This document shows, in pieces, positions 9,382-16,581 of a DNA stretch of 20,000 nucleotides; position 1 is the stretch's first letter, and each line of letters starts with the position of its first letter. The notes beneath the pieces are model-generated. The model made no database searches. It worked only from the letters and a program-made list of their open reading frames with translations, and had not been told where the DNA came from. The translations under genes were made by a program, and so were the position numbers. Source of the DNA: an uncultured virus (IMG/VR IMGVR_UViG_3300025890_001884) (Duplodnaviria > Heunggongvirae > Uroviricota > Caudoviricetes); IMG/VR virus record IMGVR_UViG_3300025890_001884; one strand, given 5' to 3'.

Positions 9382-9972
9382 TTTAGTCTCCATGTTATGG
9401 GATTGCTCCCCGCTTGGCTGCTCAATTTTAACAGCGTCTGCTGCTGCACCTGAGTTAGCCTTAATAAATTGGTTTTGGAATTTTTTATAGTCTTCCATAT
9501 TATCGAATGATTTTGCTAAAGAGAACGTTGCTCCCTGGTTGCAAGGCACTGATACTACAGAAACTTCAAAAAGTTCCGCGTCCTTTATCTTATATCCATC
9601 GGTTTCAGTCATATAATCAGCGTCCTTGACTTTGAAACCAACAGAAAAAGCTCCAAGTACGCCATCTTTAATTAAGTTTTTAATTTCCTTATTAGCATTA
9701 GAAATCTTTGCAGTTATATCTAATCCTTTTTCGGTTACATTTAAATCAGTAGCACGTCCTATAGGTTTATTATAGTCGTGATTAAAAAGAATAATTGGAT
9801 TACCTTTAAAGTTTTCCAATCCGCCTGATTTTGTCCATGCTTGTGCTTCAATTATGTCGCCTGCACGATCTAAATCGACTGTACTTGCGGAACCTTTGAT
9901 TTCTAAGCAACCGTCATCGGTCTCTCCTAAAGATTTAAGAGTAGATGCCCAATGAAAAATTTTATCCGACAT
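7924..9972 (-). CDS. Prohead protease (HK97 family) fused in frame to scaffold (delta) domain and HK97-fold major capsid protein
   Basis: The N-terminal ~165 aa has ILFNHDYNKPIG, GAFSVGF and ELFEVSVVSVPCNQGATF (HK97-type protease His/Ser motifs). A coiled-coil Glu/Lys/Ala region follows, then T5 pb8-like capsid motifs (NIERDIQNELVLAPLFREIPM, ETEEDAILPILPLIRESMVRSHAR, QRRVLVASQRIGF). No stop separates them. Confidence 0.92.
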   Translation of the reverse strand: MSDKIFHWASTLKSLGETDDGCLEIKGSASTVDLDRAGDIIEAQAWTKSGGLENFKGNPIILFNHDYNKPIGRATDLNVTEKGLDITAKISNANKEIKNLIKDGVLGAFSVGFKVKDADYMTETDGYKIKDAELFEVSVVSVPCNQGATFSLAKSFDNMEDYKKFQNQFIKANSGAAADAVKIEQPSGEQSHNMETKMSEEKKTPEAGFDLESFAKEVAEKTATTIAMKQAEAKAAEEKTLNEQAEKQAEVEVQEKAVQEAKQEEQKTVIQAGLTGAERLISDVEKRVNEKQEDLQNVVKELEAQLVEKSSEIMNIRESKRHFGDRTGSTDWKTEFKEDVIDAKFAGLATGKGWNNDHAKSLMEKVNVMSGVEVSSADFEQIVSTNIERDIQNELVLAPLFREIPMNSANMIIPILPDSGYAEFTANQTASGSAPKGNLDPRGDAYDPANGAGVDLTERTLSTKKLISQSYLGNETEEDAILPILPLIRESMVRSHARAMENAILAGNHADGAFGTGGAAFEGLITMAGSNKTQSATAFASDKLTAAALLGARKEMGKYGINPSDVVYVVSQRGYYELLEDAEFQDANLVGNQATKLTGEIGTVFGSRVLMCDEFATPAVSKMHALAVNPRNFVLPRLRGVTIESDYEVANQRRVLVASQRIGFTDLIDATTSCHLLQYKAS
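9399..9460 (-). promoter_or_regulatory. Structured mRNA element upstream of the internal capsid RBS
   Basis: GGCT-AA-CTCAG-GTGC-AGCAGC-AGAC-GCTGTT-AAAA-TTGAG-C-AGCC forms an irregular hairpin, followed by GGGA-GCAA-TCCC (GNRA tetraloop). Confidence 0.5.
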
Positions 9973-10226
9973 TATTTCTCTCCTTTCTTAGTAGCTTTAG
10001 GTTTAGGTGCTGTTACTTCCTCTACCTTTGGTGCTACTACCTGGACAGGATAACGTTTATTCATCATAGAAATAACTCTAGCCCAAGAACCCCATGCTCT
10101 TCTAAGCAAAAAGTCTTTAACTGGAACATCACTTCCATGTGATTTGTATTCGGGCAAGCTCATAGTTTCAACGCCTTTGCTGGCGCAGAAGTTTGAAAGA
10201 GCTTTTACCATCATATCTTTTGTCAT
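9972..10226 (-). CDS. Probable capsid decoration protein (T5 pb10 N-terminal-domain-like, no Ig domain)
   Basis: Same position as pb10, between portal and protease. VPVKDFLLRRAWGSW loosely resembles the pb10 capsid-binding domain, followed by a Pro/Lys-rich tail. Confidence 0.5.
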   Translation of the reverse strand: MTKDMMVKALSNFCASKGVETMSLPEYKSHGSDVPVKDFLLRRAWGSWARVISMMNKRYPVQVVAPKVEEVTAPKPKATKKGEK

Positions 10227-10228
10227 AT

Positions 10229-11434
10229 TTAGTCCTCTGTGTCTTCGGGCGGTCTCCCGCCTTCTGCTGGATTTGCTGCCGAGCCTGCGATATTTGCAGG
10301 AACTCTTGGTTTATCGAATCCGTCGATCTTCTCAAGTCGTAAGGCCTCCCTTGCTTCGTTCGGTGTTAATATACCAGTGTTCACAAGTGTAGCGTAATAC
10401 GCAGCTTGGTCTTTTAACTCTGGTTGAAGTGCAGGAATACCTGACACTTCTTCGTCCAGTTTAAAGCCGAAGAATCTCTCGAAAGCATATGCTATTTTAT
10501 TAGTAATAGGCAATATGGTTTCTAAATAATAAAGACGGTGATTAGGGCGAATGTTCGCATTATTCCCGCCATCCATTAAAATTGGTGGTATTCCTAAAGC
10601 TTCTAAGATAATCTTCTCATTAGCTTTGATACCATCTTGGAAGTCTAAATCTTTGAAGTTAACTTCAGTTAGATTTTCAACTTCTAGTCCACCATCTAAA
10701 AATAGTGGTCTTCTACCACCAGACTGTGGATTGTATCTTGCAACCCAAGCTGATAACATTCTTTCTTTAATCTTTTCAGAAAGAGTGTTTGGTGATTTTA
10801 GTACTAGTCCTGGAACTGCTCCATTTTTGAAGAAGTTATCCTGGAAGTTTCTCATACTAGACAATAGTTGCATTGTTCTAAATGCAGGTTTAAGTCTAGG
10901 TACTCCTCTATAAATAGAGTTAAAACTGTTTTCTTTTATGTGGATAATCTCACTTGGATTATAGTCTATACTGTGGTCATATGTATATTTTTCTACATAA
11001 GTATCGTCATCAGTATGAATAACCATGTGGTCTGCTGGAAGATGGTACAGATGAGCACCATCAAAATATATAAATATATTGCCATCTATCATCAAATCAA
11101 TTATTAAGTTTCTTTTAAAAGCACTTACATCTTGAAATGGGTTAGGTTGTACATTTAGTAGAACATTGACTTTTGACCGTCTTATTCCTTTATATGCACT
11201 ATCTAATCCTGTTACTTGCTCACCTACATCGAAAGGTATTTCCGCAGCGTCATCCACTATCATGTTGACTGCTCGGTTTACTACTTCTAATTGTTCGTAA
11301 GCATTGCGATAATTGGTAATGTTCTCTCTAGAAAGTACTTCTAGACCTTGATCTCTTGAGATGACAAATTGAGACGGATTGAGTTTTTCCTCAATGTCTT
11401 TATTGTTACCTGTTATAAAATCATACCATGCCAT
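10229..11434 (-). CDS. Portal protein (HK97/T5 pb7-like)
   Basis: 401 aa with VVNRAVNMIVD, LNVQPNPFQ, DLMIDGNIFIY, EIIHIKENS, NFFKNGAVPGLVL, LGIPPILM and GILTPNEARE. Confidence 0.95.
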   Translation of the reverse strand: MAWYDFITGNNKDIEEKLNPSQFVISRDQGLEVLSRENITNYRNAYEQLEVVNRAVNMIVDDAAEIPFDVGEQVTGLDSAYKGIRRSKVNVLLNVQPNPFQDVSAFKRNLIIDLMIDGNIFIYFDGAHLYHLPADHMVIHTDDDTYVEKYTYDHSIDYNPSEIIHIKENSFNSIYRGVPRLKPAFRTMQLLSSMRNFQDNFFKNGAVPGLVLKSPNTLSEKIKERMLSAWVARYNPQSGGRRPLFLDGGLEVENLTEVNFKDLDFQDGIKANEKIILEALGIPPILMDGGNNANIRPNHRLYYLETILPITNKIAYAFERFFGFKLDEEVSGIPALQPELKDQAAYYATLVNTGILTPNEAREALRLEKIDGFDKPRVPANIAGSAANPAEGGRPPEDTED

Positions 11435-11792
11435 GTTTGTTTCTCTGTATCTCTACCCAATGTTGTTGTTTCTTTGCTGTTATTAGTGTTGGGCGTTTTC
11501 CATAGATACCATGTAATCTTAGATGGTGGCTATGACATAGTGTAACAGCATGGTCATAAAGTTTTTCGTGTTCTTCTTGTATAAATCTTTCTCGAACACC
11601 TAAAATTTCTTCTTCTGAAGTTATGGTTATTTTGTTTTTCTTTAACCATACTTCTAATAACTCGGTTAGACCATAAAAATGGTGAAAGTCTAAATTTTCT
11701 TGACTGCCACAAATATAACATTCCGTTCCTTTGTTATATTTAGACTTGGCTTTGTCTCGAACATATTTTACTAAATCTCTTTTTAAAGTCAT
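11421..11792 (-). CDS. HNH-type nicking endonuclease (T5 packaging-region type)
   Basis: CYICGSQENLDFHH...VTLCHSHHLRLHGIY. Lies between terminase and portal, as in T5. Confidence 0.85.
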   Translation of the reverse strand: MTLKRDLVKYVRDKAKSKYNKGTECYICGSQENLDFHHFYGLTELLEVWLKKNKITITSEEEILGVRERFIQEEHEKLYDHAVTLCHSHHLRLHGIYGKRPTLITAKKQQHWVEIQRNKHGMV

Positions 11793-11812
11793 AAACCTAC
11801 TTCTATATTAGA

Positions 11813-11853
11813 ATTGTACCAAATATTCGAGCATATGTCAAGAACTATTTTTT
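11813..11853 (-). promoter_or_regulatory. Sigma70-type promoter for head/tail genes
   Basis: AAAAAATAGTTC-TTGACA(11841-11836)-17 bp-TACAAT(11818-11813), with extended -10 TG and an A-tract upstream. Intergenic between terL and the HNH gene. Confidence 0.88.
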
Positions 11854-11864
11854 GGTGGGGTATA

Positions 11865-13163
11865 TTAGAATGATGTAACACTTGTCTCGAACGAATAAAG
11901 TGCATACCGTAAGGCATCTGCCATGTGACAGGCATAGTTATGTTTAGGTTTTTCTCTTAGTAAATTAGGATTTGGATCCCACTGATATTGGTCTAAACTT
12001 ATCAAAGACTCTTCGCATCTTTGATGAACTGTTAATCTGTCATTGTCGATAATACCGCCCACATGTCCAATACCGTCTAGCACTGATTTTTTGGCATTGA
12101 TAGTAGTAATATCGTAATTTTGTGCAAAGTCAAATCTTGTTTGTTGAGCTGCTGAGTCAATGTAAATATAATCTATTCCCCACTTATCAACTAGTTTACC
12201 TATTTCTATAGCGTGTTGTTCAGTTGTTCTTTCAGAATCAAAGTATTCATCTAAGAGATAATATCTTTCTGCGTCCCAGTCATATGCCATAACACAGAAA
12301 GCTGTGGGGTCTCTATAACCTACGTCCATTCCTGCAAATACATCCATTCCACTTAGATCCATTTCTGCTAAGTCTGCAACACATTCTTCATGATTAAATG
12401 CCCATACTTGTCCTTCAAATACATTAAAGTCTGCCATGTATTCCTGATTAAATTCAGATTCAGACATAGTTTTCTTTGCTTCTTGAATATCTTGTTCGGA
12501 AATTCTAGGATTTTCATGGTAGGTAGCTTTGATAGAGAACCATTCTGGAAACTCATCTGAGAATCCTCTATGCCAGAACTCTGCAAACCAATTATTTCTG
12601 CCCCTTGGAGTAGATATAAAGATTGCTTTTGAGTTTTCTTTATCTAGTGTGGGCCTGAGCGCAACATTGAAAGCATCCCTCCCGTCAACGAGAGCGGCCT
12701 CGTCGAATATGATGAGATCGTAAGATCTACCCACGACCGAGTCCACTTGGTTAACAGAACCCATACGGATTGTAGAACCATTTGTAAGTTCAATAACTTT
12801 ATCTTTTGCATTGTCTCTAGTGACCTCCAAGTCAAAGTGCTTAATCAAACTTCTTTGTAATTCAAAAGAAATTTGGGATAGTGAGTAGTTGGGTGACATA
12901 AGTAACACATTAGCTCCTGGAACTAAAGTTATTAATTGTCCTATAATATTTGCAATATAAGTTTTGCCCTGCCTCCTAGAAACGGCGGCAGTAACGAAAC
13001 GATATTTTGGGTTGTTGATTGCATTTATGATGGCGTGTTGAGAAGTATTAGGAGTTATTCCTAACAAATCCATATAGCCGTCGATTGGTAGTTTGATGAA
13101 ACGACGTTCATCGAATTTCATCAGACTATCTGATACGATATCAGTTCTGCTTACTTGTATCAA
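11865..13163 (-). CDS. terL: Terminase large subunit (T5-like)
   Basis: Walker A VSRRQGKT, Walker B LIIFDEAA, coupling motif FISTP, and nuclease acidic residues in AGMDVG, IYIDSAA and HMADALRY. TTG start overlaps the upstream stop. Confidence 0.96.
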   Translation of the reverse strand: MIQVSRTDIVSDSLMKFDERRFIKLPIDGYMDLLGITPNTSQHAIINAINNPKYRFVTAAVSRRQGKTYIANIIGQLITLVPGANVLLMSPNYSLSQISFELQRSLIKHFDLEVTRDNAKDKVIELTNGSTIRMGSVNQVDSVVGRSYDLIIFDEAALVDGRDAFNVALRPTLDKENSKAIFISTPRGRNNWFAEFWHRGFSDEFPEWFSIKATYHENPRISEQDIQEAKKTMSESEFNQEYMADFNVFEGQVWAFNHEECVADLAEMDLSGMDVFAGMDVGYRDPTAFCVMAYDWDAERYYLLDEYFDSERTTEQHAIEIGKLVDKWGIDYIYIDSAAQQTRFDFAQNYDITTINAKKSVLDGIGHVGGIIDNDRLTVHQRCEESLISLDQYQWDPNPNLLREKPKHNYACHMADALRYALYSFETSVTSF

Positions 13164-13381
13164 TGTAATATCTCGTCGTCAAATAAATTTTCTTCATCAT
13201 CTTCTAGTAGTCCTAGAACGAGAGCCTTGTTATATAAGTATACATAAGCAGCGGAAAGATTCTTTAGATTTTCTTCTGCAGGACTTAAACTTCTAGTCTT
13301 CTCTGTATTCATTAGTTGTTTCATGAATTTAGTACCATGTACTATTCCTTCATCTAGCCAGAGTTTTTGTCCACTTACCAT
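13160..13381 (-). CDS. Hypothetical 73-aa protein coupled to terL (terminase small subunit position)
   Basis: TAATG overlap upstream and TTGA overlap with terL. Helical with an acidic tail. Function not recognised. Confidence 0.7.
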   Translation of the reverse strand: MVSGQKLWLDEGIVHGTKFMKQLMNTEKTRSLSPAEENLKNLSAAYVYLYNKALVLGLLEDDEENLFDDEILH

Positions 13382-13623
13382 TATCTTTTCTTTCCTTTGT
13401 GTAGCCCGTGAGAGGCATGTTGTTTTCCTTTTTTAGTAGCTGCTCTCTTTTTTCTATTAGCAGCTGCAAGTTTTTTCTTACCTGCTTTAGTGGATTTTAA
13501 TTTAGCAATAGTTTTAGAAGGTGCATAGACTTCTCCAGTCTTAGATGACTTCTTACCACTTGCTGTTCTCCACTTTTGTTTTGTCCACTTTTTTAGGGAC
13601 TTTTGAGATTTCTTTAAAGCCAT
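13381..13623 (-). CDS. Highly basic protein, DUF5872 C-terminal-half-like
   Basis: KSQKSLKKWTKQKWRT.SGK.S..TGE.Y.P...KKR...KKGKQ. 29 Lys/Arg and one acidic residue in 80 aa. Confidence 0.75.
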   Translation of the reverse strand: MALKKSQKSLKKWTKQKWRTASGKKSSKTGEVYAPSKTIAKLKSTKAGKKKLAAANRKKRAATKKGKQHASHGLHKGKKR

Positions 13624-14240
13624 TATTCAAAGTTCCAGAATACCATAGAGTATCTAGTACCTTTTGTTACTTTTTTTACTCCATGCTTTGGACGAGGTCT
13701 AGCTCCAGCAACACCAGATTGTGGCATTTGAATAACCGATCCTACTTTTTGCTGTATCTCTCTACCGTTTATAGTAAACTCTCCACCTTCATAGTCATCG
13801 TTTAGTGGTATTATCATTAGATCTTTTGCAACTTTATTAGTATTTGGTTCCCAGTAATTACTTTGACACATCCATTGACTATCTCTGTGTTCTGCGACAA
13901 AATCTCCTTCTTCATACTTCATAACTTTACATCTATAAACAGGAAGTCCTTCCCATTCTTTGATATAGTCAGTTGCAGATTGAGATACTTTTCTTACTTT
14001 ATAGCCTTCTGGGTCAATTTCAGTATTAGCATCTAGCTGTTCTTTAGTAAAAGTTTTTTCTGGTATAGAGAGATCATTAATTATTTTATCTCTTTCCCAA
14101 GTGTGAAAACTATTTATTATCTTCTGACATTCTTCTTTTGATAAAACATTATCTTTAGTTTTTATCTTTAAATTGTTTTTCTTTTGTCCAAGTACTACGT
14201 CAGTTACTTGTTCTCCAAACACTAGATTGCTCATTCTCAT
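13623..14240 (-). CDS. 2OG-Fe(II) oxygenase (prolyl-4-hydroxylase-like)
   Basis: HxD motif (AEHRDS), DDYEGGEF, distal His (KHGVKKV) and RxS (TRYSMVFW). Likely start is ATG 14240, with a GGAGA RBS and ATGA overlap. Confidence 0.9.
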   Translation of the reverse strand: MRMSNLVFGEQVTDVVLGQKKNNLKIKTKDNVLSKEECQKIINSFHTWERDKIINDLSIPEKTFTKEQLDANTEIDPEGYKVRKVSQSATDYIKEWEGLPVYRCKVMKYEEGDFVAEHRDSQWMCQSNYWEPNTNKVAKDLMIIPLNDDYEGGEFTINGREIQQKVGSVIQMPQSGVAGARPRPKHGVKKVTKGTRYSMVFWNFE

Positions 14241-14356
14241 TTGTTTCTCCAATAATTATCTATCCAGCCTTTGCCCCAATAAAGTAATCCTAACCAAACC
14301 GAAAATAGTATACCATCAATATATGATAGGTTATCCCATGCGCTCACTGGATCCAT
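14237..14356 (-). CDS. 39-aa Trp-rich single-pass membrane micro-protein
   Basis: Not in the track: MDPVSAWDNLSYIDGILFSVWLGLLYWGKGWIDNYWRNK. TAATG and ATGA overlaps fill the gap exactly. Confidence 0.75.
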   Translation of the reverse strand: MDPVSAWDNLSYIDGILFSVWLGLLYWGKGWIDNYWRNK

Positions 14357-14556
14357 TACTTTCTGTAGCCTCCTCCAGCCTTCTTATAAGCTGAAGCTAA
14401 CATTTGGGCTTTTCTGGCAGACCATTGTCCTGGTGCTCCACCTTTCCCACCAGCTTTTATTCTGTTAAAAAGATTTTTACGCATAGTGGGTTTAGTGTAG
14501 TTTCCTGCTGAATTTACTGTTGACTTTTTCTTTTTAGTCGTAGTTTTTCTAGGCAT
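14356..14556 (-). CDS. Highly basic protein, DUF5872 N-terminal-half-like
   Basis: NYTKPTMRKNLFNRIKAGGKGGAPGQWSARKAQMLASAYKKAGGGY. 18 Lys/Arg and no Asp/Glu in 66 aa. Confidence 0.8.
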   Translation of the reverse strand: MPRKTTTKKKKSTVNSAGNYTKPTMRKNLFNRIKAGGKGGAPGQWSARKAQMLASAYKKAGGGYRK

Positions 14557-14714
14557 TACTTCTTTTTCTTTATAGCCATTTGAAGTGCTTTAGGCAACTT
14601 CTTCTGTGCTGCTGTTAATTTACCACCAGACTTTTTCTTTCCTGGTTTCTTCATAGGCTTTTTCTTTTTAGGGCGTCCTACTGCTGACCCATATGTTCCT
14701 TTTCCTTTCGGCAT
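14556..14714 (-). CDS. 52-aa Lys-rich protamine-like protein
   Basis: AAGGAG RBS before ATG 14714: MPKGKGTYGSAVGRPKKKKPMKKPGKKKSGGKLTAAQKKLPKALQMAIKKKK (19 Lys, no acidic residues). Confidence 0.8.
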   Translation of the reverse strand: MPKGKGTYGSAVGRPKKKKPMKKPGKKKSGGKLTAAQKKLPKALQMAIKKKK

Positions 14715-14724
14715 TATAGTCTCC

Positions 14725-15012
14725 TTACCATTTAACTTTGTCGGCCCAATATGCGGCGGACATTTTACCACGCGCTATGTTCTTTGCGTGTCTTGCTTTA
14801 AAACTTTTTCTTTTTGCTTTCATTCTAGCAGATTCTCCAGCTTTTGGTTTGCCTGCTGTACTTGCTCCTTTCTGTCCGAATCGAATAGTCTTGATTTGAC
14901 TTCCAACTTTAGCTACAACTATATGTGACTTAGTTTTGTGTCCAGGTGTTCTTTTAGGTTTATTAAAACCACTAACTCCAGCCCTTTTTAACCTGGGGTC
15001 TTTAGTTGCCAT
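14725..15012 (-). CDS. Basic conserved phage protein (IRFGQ...KSFKARH...SAAYW family)
   Basis: 95 aa and strongly basic. I recall this motif pattern from marine phage hypothetical proteins; function unknown. Confidence 0.8.
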   Translation of the reverse strand: MATKDPRLKRAGVSGFNKPKRTPGHKTKSHIVVAKVGSQIKTIRFGQKGASTAGKPKAGESARMKAKRKSFKARHAKNIARGKMSAAYWADKVKW

Positions 15013-15272
15013 TAGTCTACGAATACTGGTGTACCAAATACAGTAGCTACTGCGGCAAAGATTTGATCGCTTGTTTCTTTATACAATATTTCACTACCAT
15101 AGGCAGCAACTTTAATAGTTCCTAAAGTAACGTCTGCTGAGTTTGCTATTGTCACGACTTGAACTGTAGCGGTATTGTTGAAAATCCTAACGTAATTAGA
15201 ATTTAAAAATGTGGAGGCTGCCCCTACGGAAGTACCGCAAGCTGCTTCTGCTCCTAATAGTCTCATTTTCAT
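15012..15272 (-). CDS. Hypothetical beta-rich 86-aa protein, possibly virion-associated
   Basis: GAGGA RBS and TAATG overlap with the next gene. Ala/Thr/Val-rich with alternating strand patterns. Confidence 0.7.
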   Translation of the reverse strand: MKMRLLGAEAACGTSVGAASTFLNSNYVRIFNNTATVQVVTIANSADVTLGTIKVAAYGSEILYKETSDQIFAAVATVFGTPVFVD

Positions 15273-15276
15273 GATT

Positions 15277-15459
15277 TTATCCTCTGTTTAACAATTTATC
15301 TAATTGTTTTTCTCGAAAGTTACATTTTTTCATAGTTGTGTAATCTTTCAACTTGTGTAATTTCTCTAGTCTTGCCCTATGTTGCATAATCAATATTGCT
15401 ACAGATCTCTCAATCTTCTGCATTTGACTTGGTAACTCGAACTTTTCGTACAAATCCAT
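15277..15459 (-). CDS. Hypothetical 60-aa helical protein
   Basis: Strong AAGGAGG RBS before ATG 15459 (MDLYEKFELPSQ...). Confidence 0.75.
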   Translation of the reverse strand: MDLYEKFELPSQMQKIERSVAILIMQHRARLEKLHKLKDYTTMKKCNFREKQLDKLLNRG

Positions 15460-15476
15460 AGGCCTCCTTAAAGGTG

Positions 15477-15500
15477 AAAACAAGCCCCTCTACGGGGCTC
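15477..15500 (-). terminator. Probable intrinsic terminator
   Basis: GAGCCCC-GTAGA-GGGGCTT followed by GTTTT, just after the stop at 15512. Confidence 0.65.
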
Positions 15501-15511
15501 ATTGTGATAGT

Positions 15512-15688
15512 TTACTTGTCCTTCGCACGGCCTACGTTTAACGCACACCAATCGATAACTTTGTAAATCTTTTTTAACCAACCGTCATCTACTGGTGTAG
15601 GTGTTAAGGCAGCAATTAACGATGCTCCCAATACGATTGTTGGAATTACTGATAAAAATTTAGTAATCCACACTAGAAGATCTAACAT
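15512..15688 (-). CDS. 58-aa membrane protein, putative holin-like
   Basis: Not in the track: MLDLLVWITKFLSVIPTIVLGASLIAALTPTPVDDGWLKKIYKVIDWCALNVGRAKDK, with an AGGGG RBS. Hydrophobic N-half, amphipathic and basic C-terminus. Confidence 0.75.
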   Translation of the reverse strand: MLDLLVWITKFLSVIPTIVLGASLIAALTPTPVDDGWLKKIYKVIDWCALNVGRAKDK

Positions 15689-15702
15689 ATCTTTCCCCTA
15701 TT

Positions 15703-15716
15703 TGTCCTTTCGGACA
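15703..15716 (-). promoter_or_regulatory. GAAA-tetraloop hairpin before holin-like gene RBS
   Basis: TGTCC-GAAA-GGACA in the short intergenic gap, with no U-tract. Confidence 0.5.
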
Positions 15717-15722
15717 CTTGGC

Positions 15723-16205
15723 TTACACCCAGACTAATTCTGTGCCTGTGAGTAAAGTCCCATTGAACCACGGTAGGCAATTTGACCTTTGTTCGTCAAA
15801 TCCCATCATTCTAACTGCGGTTACGGTTGTGCCATTAGATACCATTCTGTATAACATATTGGTATCTTTCGTACAAATAAACAAGCCTCCGAAGGCTCCA
15901 CTAGTATTGTTAAATTTTCTTGCTTCTGTTAAATTTTTAGTGACTACGGTATTTACATATGAGTTTTCCCCATATATAGCGTTGCCATTGATTCCTGCAT
16001 ATGTACCTTCGCCAATCCAGGCGAACGATTCATTGCTGGCATCTACTGTTATTGTGGATTCATTGCAGTACATTATGAAACTAGAGCTAGGAGTTCCCGA
16101 TAAATCAGGAAATCTCTGTTTTATTGTAGTTTCTGATACAAAATGTACGCCATGCCCTAAAGAGGCGGCGTAGTGAGCTTTTGCTTCTGCCATTGTTCTA
16201 TTCAT
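15723..16205 (-). CDS. Hypothetical 160-aa protein
   Basis: Open frame in operon orientation that overlaps the upstream stop. Gly/Thr/Asn-rich; no family recognised. Confidence 0.7.
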   Translation of the reverse strand: MNRTMAEAKAHYAASLGHGVHFVSETTIKQRFPDLSGTPSSSFIMYCNESTITVDASNESFAWIGEGTYAGINGNAIYGENSYVNTVVTKNLTEARKFNNTSGAFGGLFICTKDTNMLYRMVSNGTTVTAVRMMGFDEQRSNCLPWFNGTLLTGTELVWV

Positions 16206-16338
16206 TGTTATTTATATTGACCTTGTAGACTTCCTTTGCAGCTTTTCTTTCTGCACTTATTATTTTATCTTTTATATCTACTTTGCCGTCCCCATTTAGG
16301 TCTTTGCCAGTAAGTATATTCCATAATTTTTTAATCAT
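16198..16338 (-). CDS. 46-aa micro-protein with EF-hand/dockerin-like Ca-binding loop
   Basis: ATGA-coupled start at 16338: MIKKLWNILTGKDLNGDGKVDIKDKIISAERK..., containing DxNxDGxxxxxD. Confidence 0.7.
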   Translation of the reverse strand: MIKKLWNILTGKDLNGDGKVDIKDKIISAERKAAKEVYKVNINNNE

Positions 16339-16481
16339 ATTAACCATATAAATATAGAAGTAAGTAATACTCCTTCTCCAAAAGATATCCACATCATTGT
16401 ATAGTCATCTAGCCCAAGTTTCTCTTGCCAGCCTACTATCCAGTCTCTGTGCCATCCCATAATAATTTGTAATTTTTCCAT
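16335..16481 (-). CDS. 48-aa membrane micro-protein
   Basis: Likely start is ATG 16481 after GGGA: MEKLQIIMGWHRDWIVGWQEKLGLDDYTMMWISFGEGVLLTSIFIWLI, with a C-terminal hydrophobic helix. Confidence 0.7.
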   Translation of the reverse strand: MEKLQIIMGWHRDWIVGWQEKLGLDDYTMMWISFGEGVLLTSIFIWLI

Positions 16482-16499
16482 AATAATATCCCAAAAGGG

Positions 16500-16581
16500 G
16501 AAGAGTCGGGACCTATGAGTTATTTCCGTGTCATGAAATTTATTCATGCATTTACGCTTAGTATTAGGTCACCTACTCTTC
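16500..16581. ncRNA. Candidate structured RNA / long irregular hairpin in intergenic gap
   Basis: Nested inverted repeats: GAAGAGT/ACTCTTC (16500-06/16575-81), GG/CC, GACCTA/TAGGTC (16510-15/16565-70) and CATGAA/TTCATG (16532-37/16543-48). Confidence 0.55.

Noticed and set aside
11421..11792. HNH gene as a mobile homing endonuclease or intron ORF
   Set aside because: The flanking genes are uninterrupted, and its position and sequence match the conserved T5 packaging-region nicking endonuclease.
12640..12770. Locally GC-richer patch in terL
   Set aside because: It coincides with the conserved Walker B region, shows no boundaries or repeats, and is too short to support a transfer or intron claim.
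12368..12835. Alternative-frame minus ORFs inside terL
   Set aside because: They are nested out of frame in an intact terL and have no recognisable motifs.
16500..16581. tRNA call for the intergenic structure
   Set aside because: It has a rod-like fold with no cloverleaf and no TTCRA T-loop.
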